This document shows, piece after piece, positions 1 through 9,227 of a DNA stretch of 64,000 nt (its first letter is position 1; every line of letters starts with the position of its first letter). Under the pieces are notes generated by a model. It was given only the letters and a program-made list of their open reading frames with translations. It made no database searches and had not been told where the DNA came from. Made by a program: the position numbers and the translations under genes. This DNA is from Escherichia phage AV124: sequence record OR352954; one strand, written 5' to 3'.

Positions 1-1200
1 AGGCCCGTGCATGACAAGGACTATGTTTGTGTCGGGTACACACACGAAGAGATGATCGCCGCCGGATTTACACAGGTTGGTGCAAATTTTGCAGTATACC
101 TTCATCCTGAAACCAAAGAAGAATACGCACTGGCCCGTACTGAGCGCAAAACGGGTGAGGGCCATACTGGCTTTGAGACCTTCTTCAGCCCGGATGTAAC
201 TCTGGAAGAGGATTTATCGCGTCGTGACCTGACGATCAATGCGATGGCTAAAGACATGGAAACAGGATTTATCATTGATCCGTTCAACGGTATGCATGAC
301 CTGTGCAACAGGACTCTTCGTCATACCACTTCGGCATTCATGGATGACCCATTACGTATCCTGCGACTTTTCCGATTCAAGGCCCAGCTGGGTGATGGTT
401 GGACTGTCGATCATGAGACATATAGTCTCGCTTACAACAACCGTTACCGCCTGGCAGAAATTAGCCCAGAACGCAAATGGAAGGAGATGGAGAAAGCTCT
501 TAATTCCAACAACTTTATGAGTTATGCTTACGAAATGGCCGTGCTTGGTGAACTCCCAGAGCTAGATGCCCTTCATGGTGTAGAGCAACCACCTGAGCAT
601 CATCCAGAGGGTGATGCCTTCATCCACACCCTGATGTGCCTGGAGCAGGCAGACAAAACCTTTTGCTCTCCTCAGGTGAAATTTGCGGTGCTGTGCCATG
701 ACTTTGGAAAGGCGATCACTTTCCGTAAGTACGGTAATCTCCTCGGTCATGAAGAAGCTGGTCTTGATCCTGTGCGGACGCTGTGCAGTCGAATTCGAGT
801 TCCTAACGAATTCAGGGATATTGCACTGTACGTGACAGAGCACCATACTCGTGTGCATTGCATTTTGGGCCGTGGGAATAATAAAGGAATCAAGCCACGT
901 TCCATGATGAAGCTTTTCGAAGCCGCAGGTAACGTGGCTAGTCAGAAGACACAGGACAAGGTGTTTGCCTTAGCAGACGCTTGTTTCTGCGATGCCCGTG
1001 GTCGTGGTGCCACGCACGCAGATAAGGAATACCCGCAAGGAAAAATTCTCCTTGATGCTTTCGATGCGGTTGTAAATACGGACAGCAAGGCGGTATCTTC
1101 AGCAATGCTGGAGAAAGGAAAAAGCGGCAAGGAGATCGGTGAGGCGATCCGTGTTGCACGTATTGATGCAATTCGTAATGTCCTTAAGGAGAGATCATGA
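1..1200 (+). CDS. cca: tRNA nucleotidyltransferase (CCA-adding enzyme) with HD domain; 5' end truncated by window edge
   Basis: Frame open from base 1; translation (DKDYVCVGYTHEEMIAAGFTQVG, YALARTERK, RRDLTINA, HHPEGDAFIHTLM, CHDFGKA) matches head and HD-domain motifs of bacterial class II CCA enzymes; track start at 7 is an internal GTG. Confidence 0.85.
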   Translation, partial: RPVHDKDYVCVGYTHEEMIAAGFTQVGANFAVYLHPETKEEYALARTERKTGEGHTGFETFFSPDVTLEEDLSRRDLTINAMAKDMETGFIIDPFNGMHDLCNRTLRHTTSAFMDDPLRILRLFRFKAQLGDGWTVDHETYSLAYNNRYRLAEISPERKWKEMEKALNSNNFMSYAYEMAVLGELPELDALHGVEQPPEHHPEGDAFIHTLMCLEQADKTFCSPQVKFAVLCHDFGKAITFRKYGNLLGHEEAGLDPVRTLCSRIRVPNEFRDIALYVTEHHTRVHCILGRGNNKGIKPRSMMKLFEAAGNVASQKTQDKVFALADACFCDARGRGATHADKEYPQGKILLDAFDAVVNTDSKAVSSAMLEKGKSGKEIGEAIRVARIDAIRNVLKERS

Positions 1201-1655
1201 AACTTGTAAGTCACGAAGATTTTAACTTGTGGTGGATAAGACGTTCTCCAAAGAATATTATAGACGCGAAGGCAGAGTATGCTCGACTTGTGGCGAGATG
1301 TGATTACCCGGCTTGGGAATTCCTTAAGTTCTTGGAAAAAGAGGCGAACAACTTTAGGACTGCAAATGAAGGGAAAAGGAAATTTCTTGTGTGGAAAAAT
1401 GGAGAGCTTCCTTTCCGCATAGAGAAGGTGGAAATCTTCGATATAACTGAGTATGGGGCTGATCACGCAATCAGTTTTAAAGGAATTTCTTGGGCGACTC
1501 TGTTTGAGAGAACGCTGCTCAACCATGCGTTAGCAAGACTTTTCAACCTGGCAGACAGCCACACGGAAAAAGATGAGAAACTGCTTGAACTTGAATCTTT
1601 CCAACAGACCAGAAATGAACTTGGGAATTGGCTGGAGGAGCAGAATAATGCCTAA
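1197..1655 (+). CDS. hypothetical protein
   Basis: ORF overlapping cca stop by 4 nt (coupled); no recognisable motif. Confidence 0.45.
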   Translation: MKLVSHEDFNLWWIRRSPKNIIDAKAEYARLVARCDYPAWEFLKFLEKEANNFRTANEGKRKFLVWKNGELPFRIEKVEIFDITEYGADHAISFKGISWATLFERTLLNHALARLFNLADSHTEKDEKLLELESFQQTRNELGNWLEEQNNA

Positions 1656-1857
1656 GGACAAAGAGGAGTACACTTACGAGAAACACCATTTCTTTCTGGA
1701 CAAACACGCAGGGAAACAAGTTTGTGCTTGGTGCGGCTTAGTCGCCCTGCGTAACAAGGCCACAGACTGGTGTATCGAAAAAGGTTGTAATTATCGCTTG
1801 CATCCAAGCTACAAGGGTGCTATGTTTAAATACACAGAGTTCTTTAAAAAAGGATAG
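1648..1857 (+). CDS. hypothetical small Cys-containing protein
   Basis: ATG at 1648 preceded by GGAGGAG; track ORF 1573..1857 shortened to SD-supported start. Confidence 0.4.
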   Translation: MPKDKEEYTYEKHHFFLDKHAGKQVCAWCGLVALRNKATDWCIEKGCNYRLHPSYKGAMFKYTEFFKKG

Positions 1858-1861
1858 AAAA

Positions 1862-2173
1862 ATGAATTATCTTGATGACGTTGTACTCCCTGTATGGAGA
1901 TTTATTTTTGATAACGCAGCCTTGTTGGTTATCGTTCTAAGCATCTTGGCTGGATTGTGTGTTGGTATCGTTTATCGTGCAGAGGATGATACAATCTGGG
2001 ATAAGTATGGAATACCGGCTTTTATAGCTGCTATGTGCGGTTTATTCCTTCCGGTGATTATAGGCTTGGGTATTCTACTTCTTCCTGCATTTATATTCCT
2101 CGCCATAACTGCGGCTATCAGTTTGGGGGTGTTCCTTCTGGTTAAGTTTGTGAAGGAAAGGAAAGAAAAATGA
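1862..2173 (+). CDS. hypothetical membrane protein
   Basis: ATG at 1862 after AAGGA; two long hydrophobic stretches. Confidence 0.45.
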   Translation: MNYLDDVVLPVWRFIFDNAALLVIVLSILAGLCVGIVYRAEDDTIWDKYGIPAFIAAMCGLFLPVIIGLGILLLPAFIFLAITAAISLGVFLLVKFVKERKEK

Positions 2174-2385
2174 TTTTTGCCATTATCTATATTATTCTCA
2201 GTATTATCACAGCGGGAGCTGTAATTTATTACACCCTTCGTGAACAAGATTTGCTGAGGGTAGAAGATATTTTAACTTCCCTGATCTGCGGTGTTTTTTG
2301 GTGGTTAACTATTTTATGCGGCGCCCGTGCTTGGATAGGAAAGCATCTTAATAGCAGGACAGTTGTGTATAGGAGAAAGAAATAA
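2170..2385 (+). CDS. hypothetical small membrane protein
   Basis: ATGA overlap with upstream gene; hydrophobic N-terminal half. Confidence 0.45.
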   Translation: MIFAIIYIILSIITAGAVIYYTLREQDLLRVEDILTSLICGVFWWLTILCGARAWIGKHLNSRTVVYRRKK

Positions 2386-2876
2386 TGAAGACACGCATGT
2401 ATTGCGTAGTAAATCAGTATATTGCAGGTATCCATGCCGGAATTCAGTCTGCTCATGCCATGACTGAAGTGTTCTTAGACTACCCACAGCGTAGGAACAA
2501 GGCCAGCAACCTGTTGTGGGACTGGGCGGATAGCGATAAGACGATGATCGTCCTTAATGGTGGCTACCAGTCAAACTTACAGGACCTTTGTTCAAAATTG
2601 CGGTTTCTCAGTGGCACTTACCCGTGGGCATTTTTCTGTGAAGAACACGATGCTCTAAACGGGGCAATGACAGCAGTTGCTGTTGTACTGCCGGAGTATA
2701 TGTACAACCCACAATACATGGAAGTTACGGATCTCGTATATCGACCAGGCCAACTCGTAGGGCCGCAGATTGCTAACCAGTACCGGGACGAGCTGGGCAA
2801 TGTGGTCCACAACTACACCCAAACAGAGAAAGACTTGATCACCATGATCAAATCCTTCCGCCTGAAAGGCGAATAA
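2385..2876 (+). CDS. peptidyl-tRNA hydrolase, Pth2-like
   Basis: GIHAGIQSAHAMTEV and PQRRN...MIVLNGG resemble the GKxAAQCSHAA / IQRRN...KVVVK core of Pth2-family hydrolases. Confidence 0.5.
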   Translation: MKTRMYCVVNQYIAGIHAGIQSAHAMTEVFLDYPQRRNKASNLLWDWADSDKTMIVLNGGYQSNLQDLCSKLRFLSGTYPWAFFCEEHDALNGAMTAVAVVLPEYMYNPQYMEVTDLVYRPGQLVGPQIANQYRDELGNVVHNYTQTEKDLITMIKSFRLKGE

Positions 2877-2877
2877 T

Positions 2878-3252
2878 ATGAATGATGTTCGTGGTGATAC
2901 TCTCAAGGTCGGCGACTCAGTTTATATTTATTTCGGGTACAATGAACTAAAACCTGGTATTGTAAAGCAGATCCGTGGTAAGCTGGCTAAGGTGCTGGTT
3001 GATGCATACCCTAACCGGGAAGACGACGAGAGTCGTTATTCCCTATCTAAGTGGAAACCTGGTGTCTGCATGATCAAGGCTGATGAGCCTACAGGTTGGT
3101 ATCCCGACGAGGTTATCCTACTCTTAGAAGAGATCCGCAGGTTGCGGGATGAGGCCCCTAGTAACAAAGAAGGTTTACCGACTAAACAACTATGCCAATA
3201 CCTCTTGAATTATTGGGATAGAAAACGACCATGTAACCTAGTCTGTTCATAA
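2878..3252 (+). CDS. hypothetical protein
   Basis: ORF directly after upstream stop; no motif. Confidence 0.5.
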   Translation: MNDVRGDTLKVGDSVYIYFGYNELKPGIVKQIRGKLAKVLVDAYPNREDDESRYSLSKWKPGVCMIKADEPTGWYPDEVILLLEEIRRLRDEAPSNKEGLPTKQLCQYLLNYWDRKRPCNLVCS

Positions 3253-3261
3253 GGAGAGATA

Positions 3262-4332
3262 ATGGAAAAGTTTGAAGTGATGCGATGCTATTCCGGTAGC
3301 CTCGCTTATGGCACAAATCTTCCAACTAGTGATGTGGATATTCGGGGTCTGTTCTGCGCCCCACCTAAATTCATCCGCACGCCGTTCTTTAACATCAAAG
3401 AGCAAACCTTGGAAGATGAAGAGGATGGGAAGATTTATGAGTTGACAAACTTCATGAGATTGTTTTCAGAGATGAACCCCAACATCATTGAACTGATGTT
3501 TGTCGATGACAAAGACATTTTACAAACCTCTGAAGTTTATGAATATCTTCGCACAATGGCCCCGGCACTGCTGACCAGTAAGGTAGCGTTCTCCTTCTCT
3601 GGGTATGCGATGGCACAGCTTAAACGTATTCGCGGTCATGATAAGTGGATCAGCAATCCGCAGCCTGAAGAAAAGCCTACGCAAAAAGAGTTCTTCCGAT
3701 TAGTTCACAACTATAGTGAGAACGAATTCCTTGCCGGGGCAATTAAGCACGATCGCTTCATGGAAGCAATGAACAATCTCAACGATATGTGTATCCTTGT
3801 ACCTTATGGGAACGATATCTATGGGGTGATGGAAAACTTCAGTAGCTCAGGGATGTTCAATGCTAACGGTTCAATTCGCCATGTTGACTATCAGCAACTT
3901 TCTGACTCTGACAAGCGGAGAAAACCTGTCTTTATTGTCAAATATTTGGCAGAGGAACACAAACAGGCCAAAGAGAAGCATCGTAACTATTGGACATGGA
4001 AACAGAACCGAAATGAAGTTCGTCACCAGCTCGAAGTTGATTTTGGTTATGACACGAAACATGCGATGCACCTTGTGCGCCTGATGCGTATGGCAGAAGA
4101 GATTCTTTCTGATGGGAAGGTCCTAGTGAAGCGTCCTGATGCTCAGGAACTTCTCGACATCCGGGCAGGTAAGTGGACTCTTGACGAACTGCTCTCTTGG
4201 GCTGATGAGAAGGACCGTTATATTCGTGAGGATCTGTACAAAAAGACACAGCTTCCTAAAATGGCGGATCTTGACCTGTTTGCTAGGGTTCTCATGACGG
4301 CTCAGGATATGTGTTGGAGTAAACTGGTATGA
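3262..4332 (+). CDS. Pol-beta superfamily nucleotidyltransferase
   Basis: N-terminal GS-x9-DVD motif (YSGSLAYGTNLPTSDVDIRG) typical of Pol-beta-fold nucleotidyltransferases; SD GGAGAG upstream. Confidence 0.55.
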   Translation: MEKFEVMRCYSGSLAYGTNLPTSDVDIRGLFCAPPKFIRTPFFNIKEQTLEDEEDGKIYELTNFMRLFSEMNPNIIELMFVDDKDILQTSEVYEYLRTMAPALLTSKVAFSFSGYAMAQLKRIRGHDKWISNPQPEEKPTQKEFFRLVHNYSENEFLAGAIKHDRFMEAMNNLNDMCILVPYGNDIYGVMENFSSSGMFNANGSIRHVDYQQLSDSDKRRKPVFIVKYLAEEHKQAKEKHRNYWTWKQNRNEVRHQLEVDFGYDTKHAMHLVRLMRMAEEILSDGKVLVKRPDAQELLDIRAGKWTLDELLSWADEKDRYIREDLYKKTQLPKMADLDLFARVLMTAQDMCWSKLV

Positions 4333-4541
4333 TTGAAGCACTGGTAGGAATATTTGGTGTTGCATATTCAATCATTGGCGTGATATACTCAATCAGGATG
4401 GAAAAGGACACAGTCCTTAAGCAAATCTATAAAGCCAAGACGGACCGGGACTGGTCTGAAATTTGTTTCACCATCGGTTTTGCATGGCCCTTCGGGGCCT
4501 TAATCCACTATGTTATGAGGAGAAGAAATGCGACAGCTTGA
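4329..4541 (+). CDS. hypothetical small membrane protein
   Basis: ATGA overlap with upstream gene; hydrophobic segments. Confidence 0.4.
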   Translation: MIEALVGIFGVAYSIIGVIYSIRMEKDTVLKQIYKAKTDRDWSEICFTIGFAWPFGALIHYVMRRRNATA

Positions 4542-4704
4542 GTTTATGGGGAGAATGGTAGAACTGGTTTCCGAATGGCAATCAGAATATAAGATGCACA
4601 GGAATCTCTCCGAAGAGCCTGAGAACTGGCCCGACACCAGAGATCAGGAAGATTGGTTGGGTGATTTCTTTGTTTGGCTACAATGTAAGGGGTATACAGT
4701 ATGA
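4528..4704 (+). CDS. hypothetical small protein (58 aa)
   Basis: ATG at 4528 preceded by GAGGAGAAG; below track size cut-off; fills gap between neighbours. Confidence 0.3.
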   Translation: MRQLEFMGRMVELVSEWQSEYKMHRNLSEEPENWPDTRDQEDWLGDFFVWLQCKGYTV

Positions 4705-4937
4705 GCTATGGGCCACTGACCGCAGAGCAGGCTAAGATCCTGCAAGACCGTTATTATGAGCAGCAAGGTATCAAGAAAGTTGTCTGGCCTTCTCCCGGTG
4801 ATGGTGATACCGGAACTGTGAAATGCATGCACGACGCTTGTCCTAATTGTGGTGGCACGGGTGTCAGAAAAGATGGCACTGGTTTATGCGTTCACGGCAT
4901 CTCTTGCCCTTGCCCTAAATGCAGCTTTAAGTGCTGA
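4701..4937 (+). CDS. hypothetical Cys-rich protein (putative zinc-binding)
   Basis: CPNCGG...CVHGISCPCPKCSFKC cysteine cluster. Confidence 0.4.
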   Translation: MSYGPLTAEQAKILQDRYYEQQGIKKVVWPSPGDGDTGTVKCMHDACPNCGGTGVRKDGTGLCVHGISCPCPKCSFKC

Positions 4938-5009
4938 ATCGTCCCTATCTTATATGATAACCCTGTTTTTCATGATAAAATGGATCTATCATTAAGATAG
5001 GAGGCTAGT

Positions 5010-5489
5010 ATGTTTCAAAAGATTGTACGTGAACACCCTATCCTTCGAGAGCACTGGCATACTCTGCTGGAAAAGGGTTTTATAGAAAACTCAAAAGGTT
5101 GCATCGCTCTCGTAAGGGAGCCTGTGACAGAAGAACGAGTTCTCGTCATAAGGGATGCCAAAAACGGCATCCTTTTTTCTATCAAAGTTGGTCGTCTGGA
5201 CGTCACTAGGGGTTCAAATACCATAAGACCAACAACTTACACTTTTCGTGTTGGAGACATGGGGAAGCTCTATCCAGAACATCTGGAAGAGGCCTTTGAT
5301 AGTTATGAAGGGTTCGAAGCCTCTATTCGTGATCTCTATAGATCGTTGGATAGGATTATCAGTGAACACAAGAAAACGCTAGGTGTAAAATACCGAGTAA
5401 AAGACTGGTTCAGAAATTCCAATAACCGCTGGTTTCTCCTAGCGGCAGTTCTCTACGGCCTGTTGACGGTATTTCTGACCTTGCACTAA
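5010..5489 (+). CDS. hypothetical protein with C-terminal transmembrane helix
   Basis: SD AGGAGG before ATG; C-terminal hydrophobic stretch WFLLAAVLYGLLTVFL. Confidence 0.5.
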   Translation: MFQKIVREHPILREHWHTLLEKGFIENSKGCIALVREPVTEERVLVIRDAKNGILFSIKVGRLDVTRGSNTIRPTTYTFRVGDMGKLYPEHLEEAFDSYEGFEASIRDLYRSLDRIISEHKKTLGVKYRVKDWFRNSNNRWFLLAAVLYGLLTVFLTLH

Positions 5490-5501
5490 GAGGAGATTCT
5501 T

Positions 5502-5876
5502 ATGAGAGATCGTCAGGAGTATTATCGTCAGTATGCCGCCCGTCGTCGTGAGATTGATCGTCAGCGGCGTTCTACACCAGAAGGTAAAGCAGAACAACTT
5601 CGTATCCGTCTTGCCCGTATTGAAGCAGAGAAACGCGCTACCCTTCATAGTGAGTGGGATGAGTTTGTCAGGGATGAGGCTGATCACTTGTGTTCTGTTC
5701 GTTGTGAAGATACTGGTATCAAGTGGGAACCAGACCACATGCTACCACTAAGGGCAACCAAAGTATCCGGCCTTAACTGTGGTGATAATATACAGGTGAT
5801 ACCTGCAACTCTCAACAGGAAGAAGAAAAACCGTATGATTTATACCGAAATGAATGAATGGTTGAAAGATGTATAG
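5502..5876 (+). CDS. HNH endonuclease
   Basis: WEPDHMLPL...GLNCGDNIQVIPATLNRKK resembles the HNH His-Asn-Asn core; SD AGAGGAG. Confidence 0.5.
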   Translation: MRDRQEYYRQYAARRREIDRQRRSTPEGKAEQLRIRLARIEAEKRATLHSEWDEFVRDEADHLCSVRCEDTGIKWEPDHMLPLRATKVSGLNCGDNIQVIPATLNRKKKNRMIYTEMNEWLKDV

Positions 5877-5908
5877 AAAAAACCCGGCGATTGCCGGTTT
5901 TTTTTTTA
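5877..5908. terminator. bidirectional rho-independent terminator
   Basis: A6-CCGGC-GATT-GCCGG-T10; stem-loop flanked by A-run and T-run between convergent genes. Confidence 0.65.
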
Positions 5909-6202
5909 TTGACCTTTGGATAGCTTTTCTATCACGAGATGGTCTGAATCATCCAGGTGCATCAGGTGATCAACTCGGATATCATGCAGGTATGGGAGTC
6001 CATCAACGTGGCAAAGAAACCATGATTCGTGACGAGGATAATATCCATTTACACCGAGAACGGTCTTCTCCAGCACAAGACAACGTTTACCGTTAAGGAT
6101 ATTATTCTCCGAGAATCCATACAACAGGCAGATTGAATCAACACAAACCTTATGGTCTGGCTCATTACGATCAGGCATACCACTATCTTCTAATTTCAGC
6201 AT
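5906..6202 (-). CDS. hypothetical protein
   Basis: Minus-strand ORF inside plus-strand block; overlaps upstream ORF by 7 nt. Confidence 0.4.
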   Translation of the reverse strand: MLKLEDSGMPDRNEPDHKVCVDSICLLYGFSENNILNGKRCLVLEKTVLGVNGYYPRHESWFLCHVDGLPYLHDIRVDHLMHLDDSDHLVIEKLSKGQ

Positions 6203-6435
6203 TTTTTATCTCCAAAGTTAAGTTCGCCATTCAACTTTTGTACACGGTGCGGGAGAATTTCCTGCCACCACCAATCCTTCTCATGAAGACGATAAGACAC
6301 ATAGACCTCTACGGTATCCTCGTCCTTACGGACAGTCCTGGTATAGATATCCCGAATGGTTGCTTCGAATTGACCGTCAACAAGGACGACCTCGTAAATT
6401 TTGTACTTGTCTTGTTCAAGAATTTGTTCTGACAT
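6196..6435 (-). CDS. hypothetical protein
   Basis: Minus-strand ORF, first gene of a two-gene opposite-strand cassette. Confidence 0.4.
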   Translation of the reverse strand: MSEQILEQDKYKIYEVVLVDGQFEATIRDIYTRTVRKDEDTVEVYVSYRLHEKDWWWQEILPHRVQKLNGELNFGDKKC

Positions 6436-6644
6436 TTTATCTCCTATTTGATTCTTTTTCCACCATGTTTTTCATAGATGGAGATGACTTTTTCTAAGTC
6501 TAGCACAGAAACGGTCTCGACAAACTCCACTCATCCTGTTCAAGCTCTTCTGCACAAGTAACACCGAAATCACTATAGTTCAAAATCAACCTCCTCTAAA
6601 GTCTGTACGGGGAGTATACCAACAAATTTGGTATCAATCAACTG

Positions 6645-6672
6645 TTGACACGACCTCTTTTTCTGTCATAAT
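6645..6672 (+). promoter_or_regulatory. sigma70-like promoter (TTGACA-N16-CATAAT)
   Basis: Consensus -35 hexamer and near-consensus -10 in intergenic region. Confidence 0.4.
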
Positions 6673-6842
6673 GCCAAGAAAAACAATTTCAGAGGAGAAA
6701 TCCTTGAGCATATTGTCAAAGCTGTCACCAACAACCAGAAAAAGAGAGACCAGTTTGAGAGAGGCTCATTAAATCGGGCAGTGATGACAGTGGCTATCGA
6801 TGAGCTTTTGTATGTTGGAGATTTCATAATGAAGAGGGGCGC

Positions 6843-6992
6843 ATGAAAAAATTCTGCGTCTATGGGTGGGTGAGCGTTGACAACGGCTGGTATTTGTGCA
6901 AATCTAGTGTCAGTGAAGACGAGCTTGCCAAGTTGCTGGACTACTACCGTAAAACTTGGCGTTATGTTAAGGGGATTTCTTACAATGAATAA
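6843..6992 (+). CDS. hypothetical small protein (49 aa)
   Basis: ATG after AAGAGGGG; below track cut-off. Confidence 0.3.
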   Translation: MKKFCVYGWVSVDNGWYLCKSSVSEDELAKLLDYYRKTWRYVKGISYNE

Positions 6993-7281
6993 ATTTAGGC
7001 TAAAATGTCAGGGTGGGCGATGGTGGGTTCAGGAAAAGTTCTTTGGATTCATGTGGCTAACCATTTGGAATTCCTCTTTGACGAAAGAAAGTGCAATGGC
7101 AAAGATTGCAGAGCACGTTCAGGAAAAGGAGGATGAGTGCATTTACTATCCAACACAGGAAGAGATTATCTCCGCAGTCTCTGCTAAAATGGTGCGACCA
7201 AGTACACCTCCCTCTCCACCAGCAGACTACTCTTTAAAAAGGAGACAGATATGTTCGAATGGTTTAAGCGAAGAAAGCTAA
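6988..7281 (+). CDS. hypothetical protein
   Basis: Track ORF 6877..7281 trimmed to internal ATG overlapping upstream stop (ATGAATAA). Confidence 0.4.
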   Translation, partial: NKFRLKCQGGRWWVQEKFFGFMWLTIWNSSLTKESAMAKIAEHVQEKEDECIYYPTQEEIISAVSAKMVRPSTPPSPPADYSLKRRQICSNGLSEES

Positions 7282-7520
7282 ACCTGATAGGTACATCAAA
7301 GTGGCAAATCAACTGGACAGATACAGGGTGTCAAGAGAAAGGGGTGTGGCTATATTACCAGTCAGAAAGTGGTAGACGGGAGATCGAATCATCTGCCATT
7401 CCCTGGGTCTATAAAGGTATGGGTGGTGAAACTCGCCTCCCAGGATATCCTGAGGCCCTGACGTGGTTGCGAGGAGGCACCCTACCAAAAAGCTTTGTTG
7501 GTGTTAAGGAGACGTTATGA
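7251..7520 (+). CDS. hypothetical protein
   Basis: SD AAGGAG before ATG. Confidence 0.45.
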   Translation: MFEWFKRRKLNLIGTSKWQINWTDTGCQEKGVWLYYQSESGRREIESSAIPWVYKGMGGETRLPGYPEALTWLRGGTLPKSFVGVKETL

Positions 7521-7762
7521 TTCAAGACGATTTTGAGTTGATAAAAAGAAACCTTCAGGAGTCTAGGAGCAATGGGATTTATTTCCGTGACCCGGCATGG
7601 CTGAAAGGAATTTACATCTATCTTTCCCAAAAAGGTAGTTTGTACATGGTCTACAACTTGGAGGACATGTTTGGAGGTGAGGGTTATCGATACACCCAGA
7701 TCAACGAGTACGATCTCCCTAACCTCGGTTGTAACTTTGAGATTTGGGAAGGTTCTGTATGA
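7517..7762 (+). CDS. hypothetical protein
   Basis: ATGA overlap with upstream gene. Confidence 0.45.
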   Translation: MIQDDFELIKRNLQESRSNGIYFRDPAWLKGIYIYLSQKGSLYMVYNLEDMFGGEGYRYTQINEYDLPNLGCNFEIWEGSV

Positions 7763-7935
7763 TTGAAATCTGGAAAACCTTGGGGTGTGTCATCATGACC
7801 ATTATTATGGGGACTGGCTTGGTGCTGACAACAGAATTCCGTGAATTCTTAGGGATGTTGTTGTTTGGAATGGCATTCGCATTCTGGGCTAACCTTTTCC
7901 TTGTCCGTTTTTGGCGGCTATTAGAAAATTATTAG
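7759..7935 (+). CDS. hypothetical small membrane protein
   Basis: ATG after GGGAAGG; hydrophobic throughout. Confidence 0.4.
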   Translation: MIEIWKTLGCVIMTIIMGTGLVLTTEFREFLGMLLFGMAFAFWANLFLVRFWRLLENY

Positions 7936-7943
7936 GAGACCAC

Positions 7944-8102
7944 ATGGGAAGCACTTTTACTGTTCAATACTGGACAAACGCCTACGAAGGCGAGTATAAA
8001 TACTACGTGTTCTGGCAGGGCGAGAGCTTTGACGAGGCCATTCGGCAGATGGTAAAATGTAAGGACAAAGGCTACGGTTGCGTGAAGCTGGAATGGCGTT
8101 AA
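7944..8102 (+). CDS. hypothetical small protein
   Basis: ATG after AGGAGAC; track ORF 7911..8102 trimmed. Confidence 0.35.
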   Translation: MGSTFTVQYWTNAYEGEYKYYVFWQGESFDEAIRQMVKCKDKGYGCVKLEWR

Positions 8103-8196
8103 CATATGGGCGCGAAGCGCCGCGCCGCCTCAATCCAGTACCCCCGCTACGCCGGGGCCTGGATTTTGCCGTCGATCTTTTTGTGAAGGAGTTTTC

Positions 8197-8304
8197 GTGG
8201 AAAATGTTAAAAAGGCATTAGAGCATCTTGATACAACGCGTCCCGGTATTCGATGGGCGGAAGGAGTTTCTAAGTTAATACCGACACCGGGAGTTATGAA
8301 ATGA
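8197..8304 (+). CDS. hypothetical small protein (35 aa)
   Basis: GTG after AAGGAG; ends in ATGA overlap with next gene. Confidence 0.25.
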   Translation: MENVKKALEHLDTTRPGIRWAEGVSKLIPTPGVMK

Positions 8305-8495
8305 CCACAGAAGAATACCTGAAAGAACTCTCTGATGAGCGACTGATTGAGTATGCCGAGACGGCAGAGAGTTACCTGGTAGAACACCCAGAACCTGAAA
8401 TTCTAAAAGGTCGTAGCCAAGTCCGTAAATGGGCCAGCTTTGCTCGTGAAGAGCTGGAACGTCGTAGATTAACGAAGGTGGGGAATGGAAAATAA
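8301..8495 (+). CDS. hypothetical protein
   Basis: ORF in co-directional array. Confidence 0.45.
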   Translation: MTTEEYLKELSDERLIEYAETAESYLVEHPEPEILKGRSQVRKWASFAREELERRRLTKVGNGK

Positions 8496-8805
8496 CATAA
8501 CCAGTCTTATTAGAAAGATAAGAGATATTTTCCCGCCTCAAGTAGACGTCAGTTGGGTAGGAAAAAACGGAAAATGTTATCAAGTAGCCTTGGTGCTCAG
8601 ACACATTTTCCCGGATTCAGAAATATGTTACTCCCCAAGTGAAGGCCATGTTTATACCAAAATAGGGAAGGTGTTCTACGATATAGAGGGGGCACATTTA
8701 TCCGTCCCTCCCGATACCACCAGATTGGATCATAACCGTGGGCACAAGCCGCACAGATGGCATAAAAGCTTTGGTGACATACCTATCGATAAATGGATAA
8801 TATGA
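8485..8805 (+). CDS. hypothetical protein
   Basis: ORF overlapping upstream gene end. Confidence 0.45.
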   Translation: MENNITSLIRKIRDIFPPQVDVSWVGKNGKCYQVALVLRHIFPDSEICYSPSEGHVYTKIGKVFYDIEGAHLSVPPDTTRLDHNRGHKPHRWHKSFGDIPIDKWII

Positions 8806-8806
8806 G

Positions 8807-9043
8807 ATGAACACCCTAAACACCTACACGAAAGTCTTTCACTTCTGGTGGCAAAATCTGGGAAGGCTCGATGTCGGCTCAAAAGATGAGGCACTCAGAG
8901 GTTGGCGAGACTGTATGCTTAAGCAGCACGAAATCAATGACAAAGGGAGTATCCTTCGGGGAACAGATGCTTATTGCTTGGGGTGGAACGCCGCTGTCGA
9001 GTTTATTCTTGGGGAGAATTACTATGGCTTACAGAACATTTGA
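8807..9043 (+). CDS. hypothetical protein
   Basis: ORF starting 2 nt after upstream stop. Confidence 0.45.
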   Translation: MNTLNTYTKVFHFWWQNLGRLDVGSKDEALRGWRDCMLKQHEINDKGSILRGTDAYCLGWNAAVEFILGENYYGLQNI

Positions 9044-9227
9044 TGAATGGAACGCCCGTGGGAGGATCGTCAAAAAGGGCGAGAAAGCTATGGGTCACCT
9101 TCTTGACGGAACTGCTCTTTTTGGGAAGGAACAGACCAAAGGGAAAAAGAGTCGTGACTGGGGAGAGACTGACCTGGGTGATGCGCCAGACTCCTGGTAC
9201 ATGGGTGGGCCTGAGGATTATTATTAA
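9024..9227 (+). CDS. hypothetical protein
   Basis: Track ORF 8871..9227 trimmed to internal ATG near upstream stop. Confidence 0.35.
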   Translation: MAYRTFDEWNARGRIVKKGEKAMGHLLDGTALFGKEQTKGKKSRDWGETDLGDAPDSWYMGGPEDYY

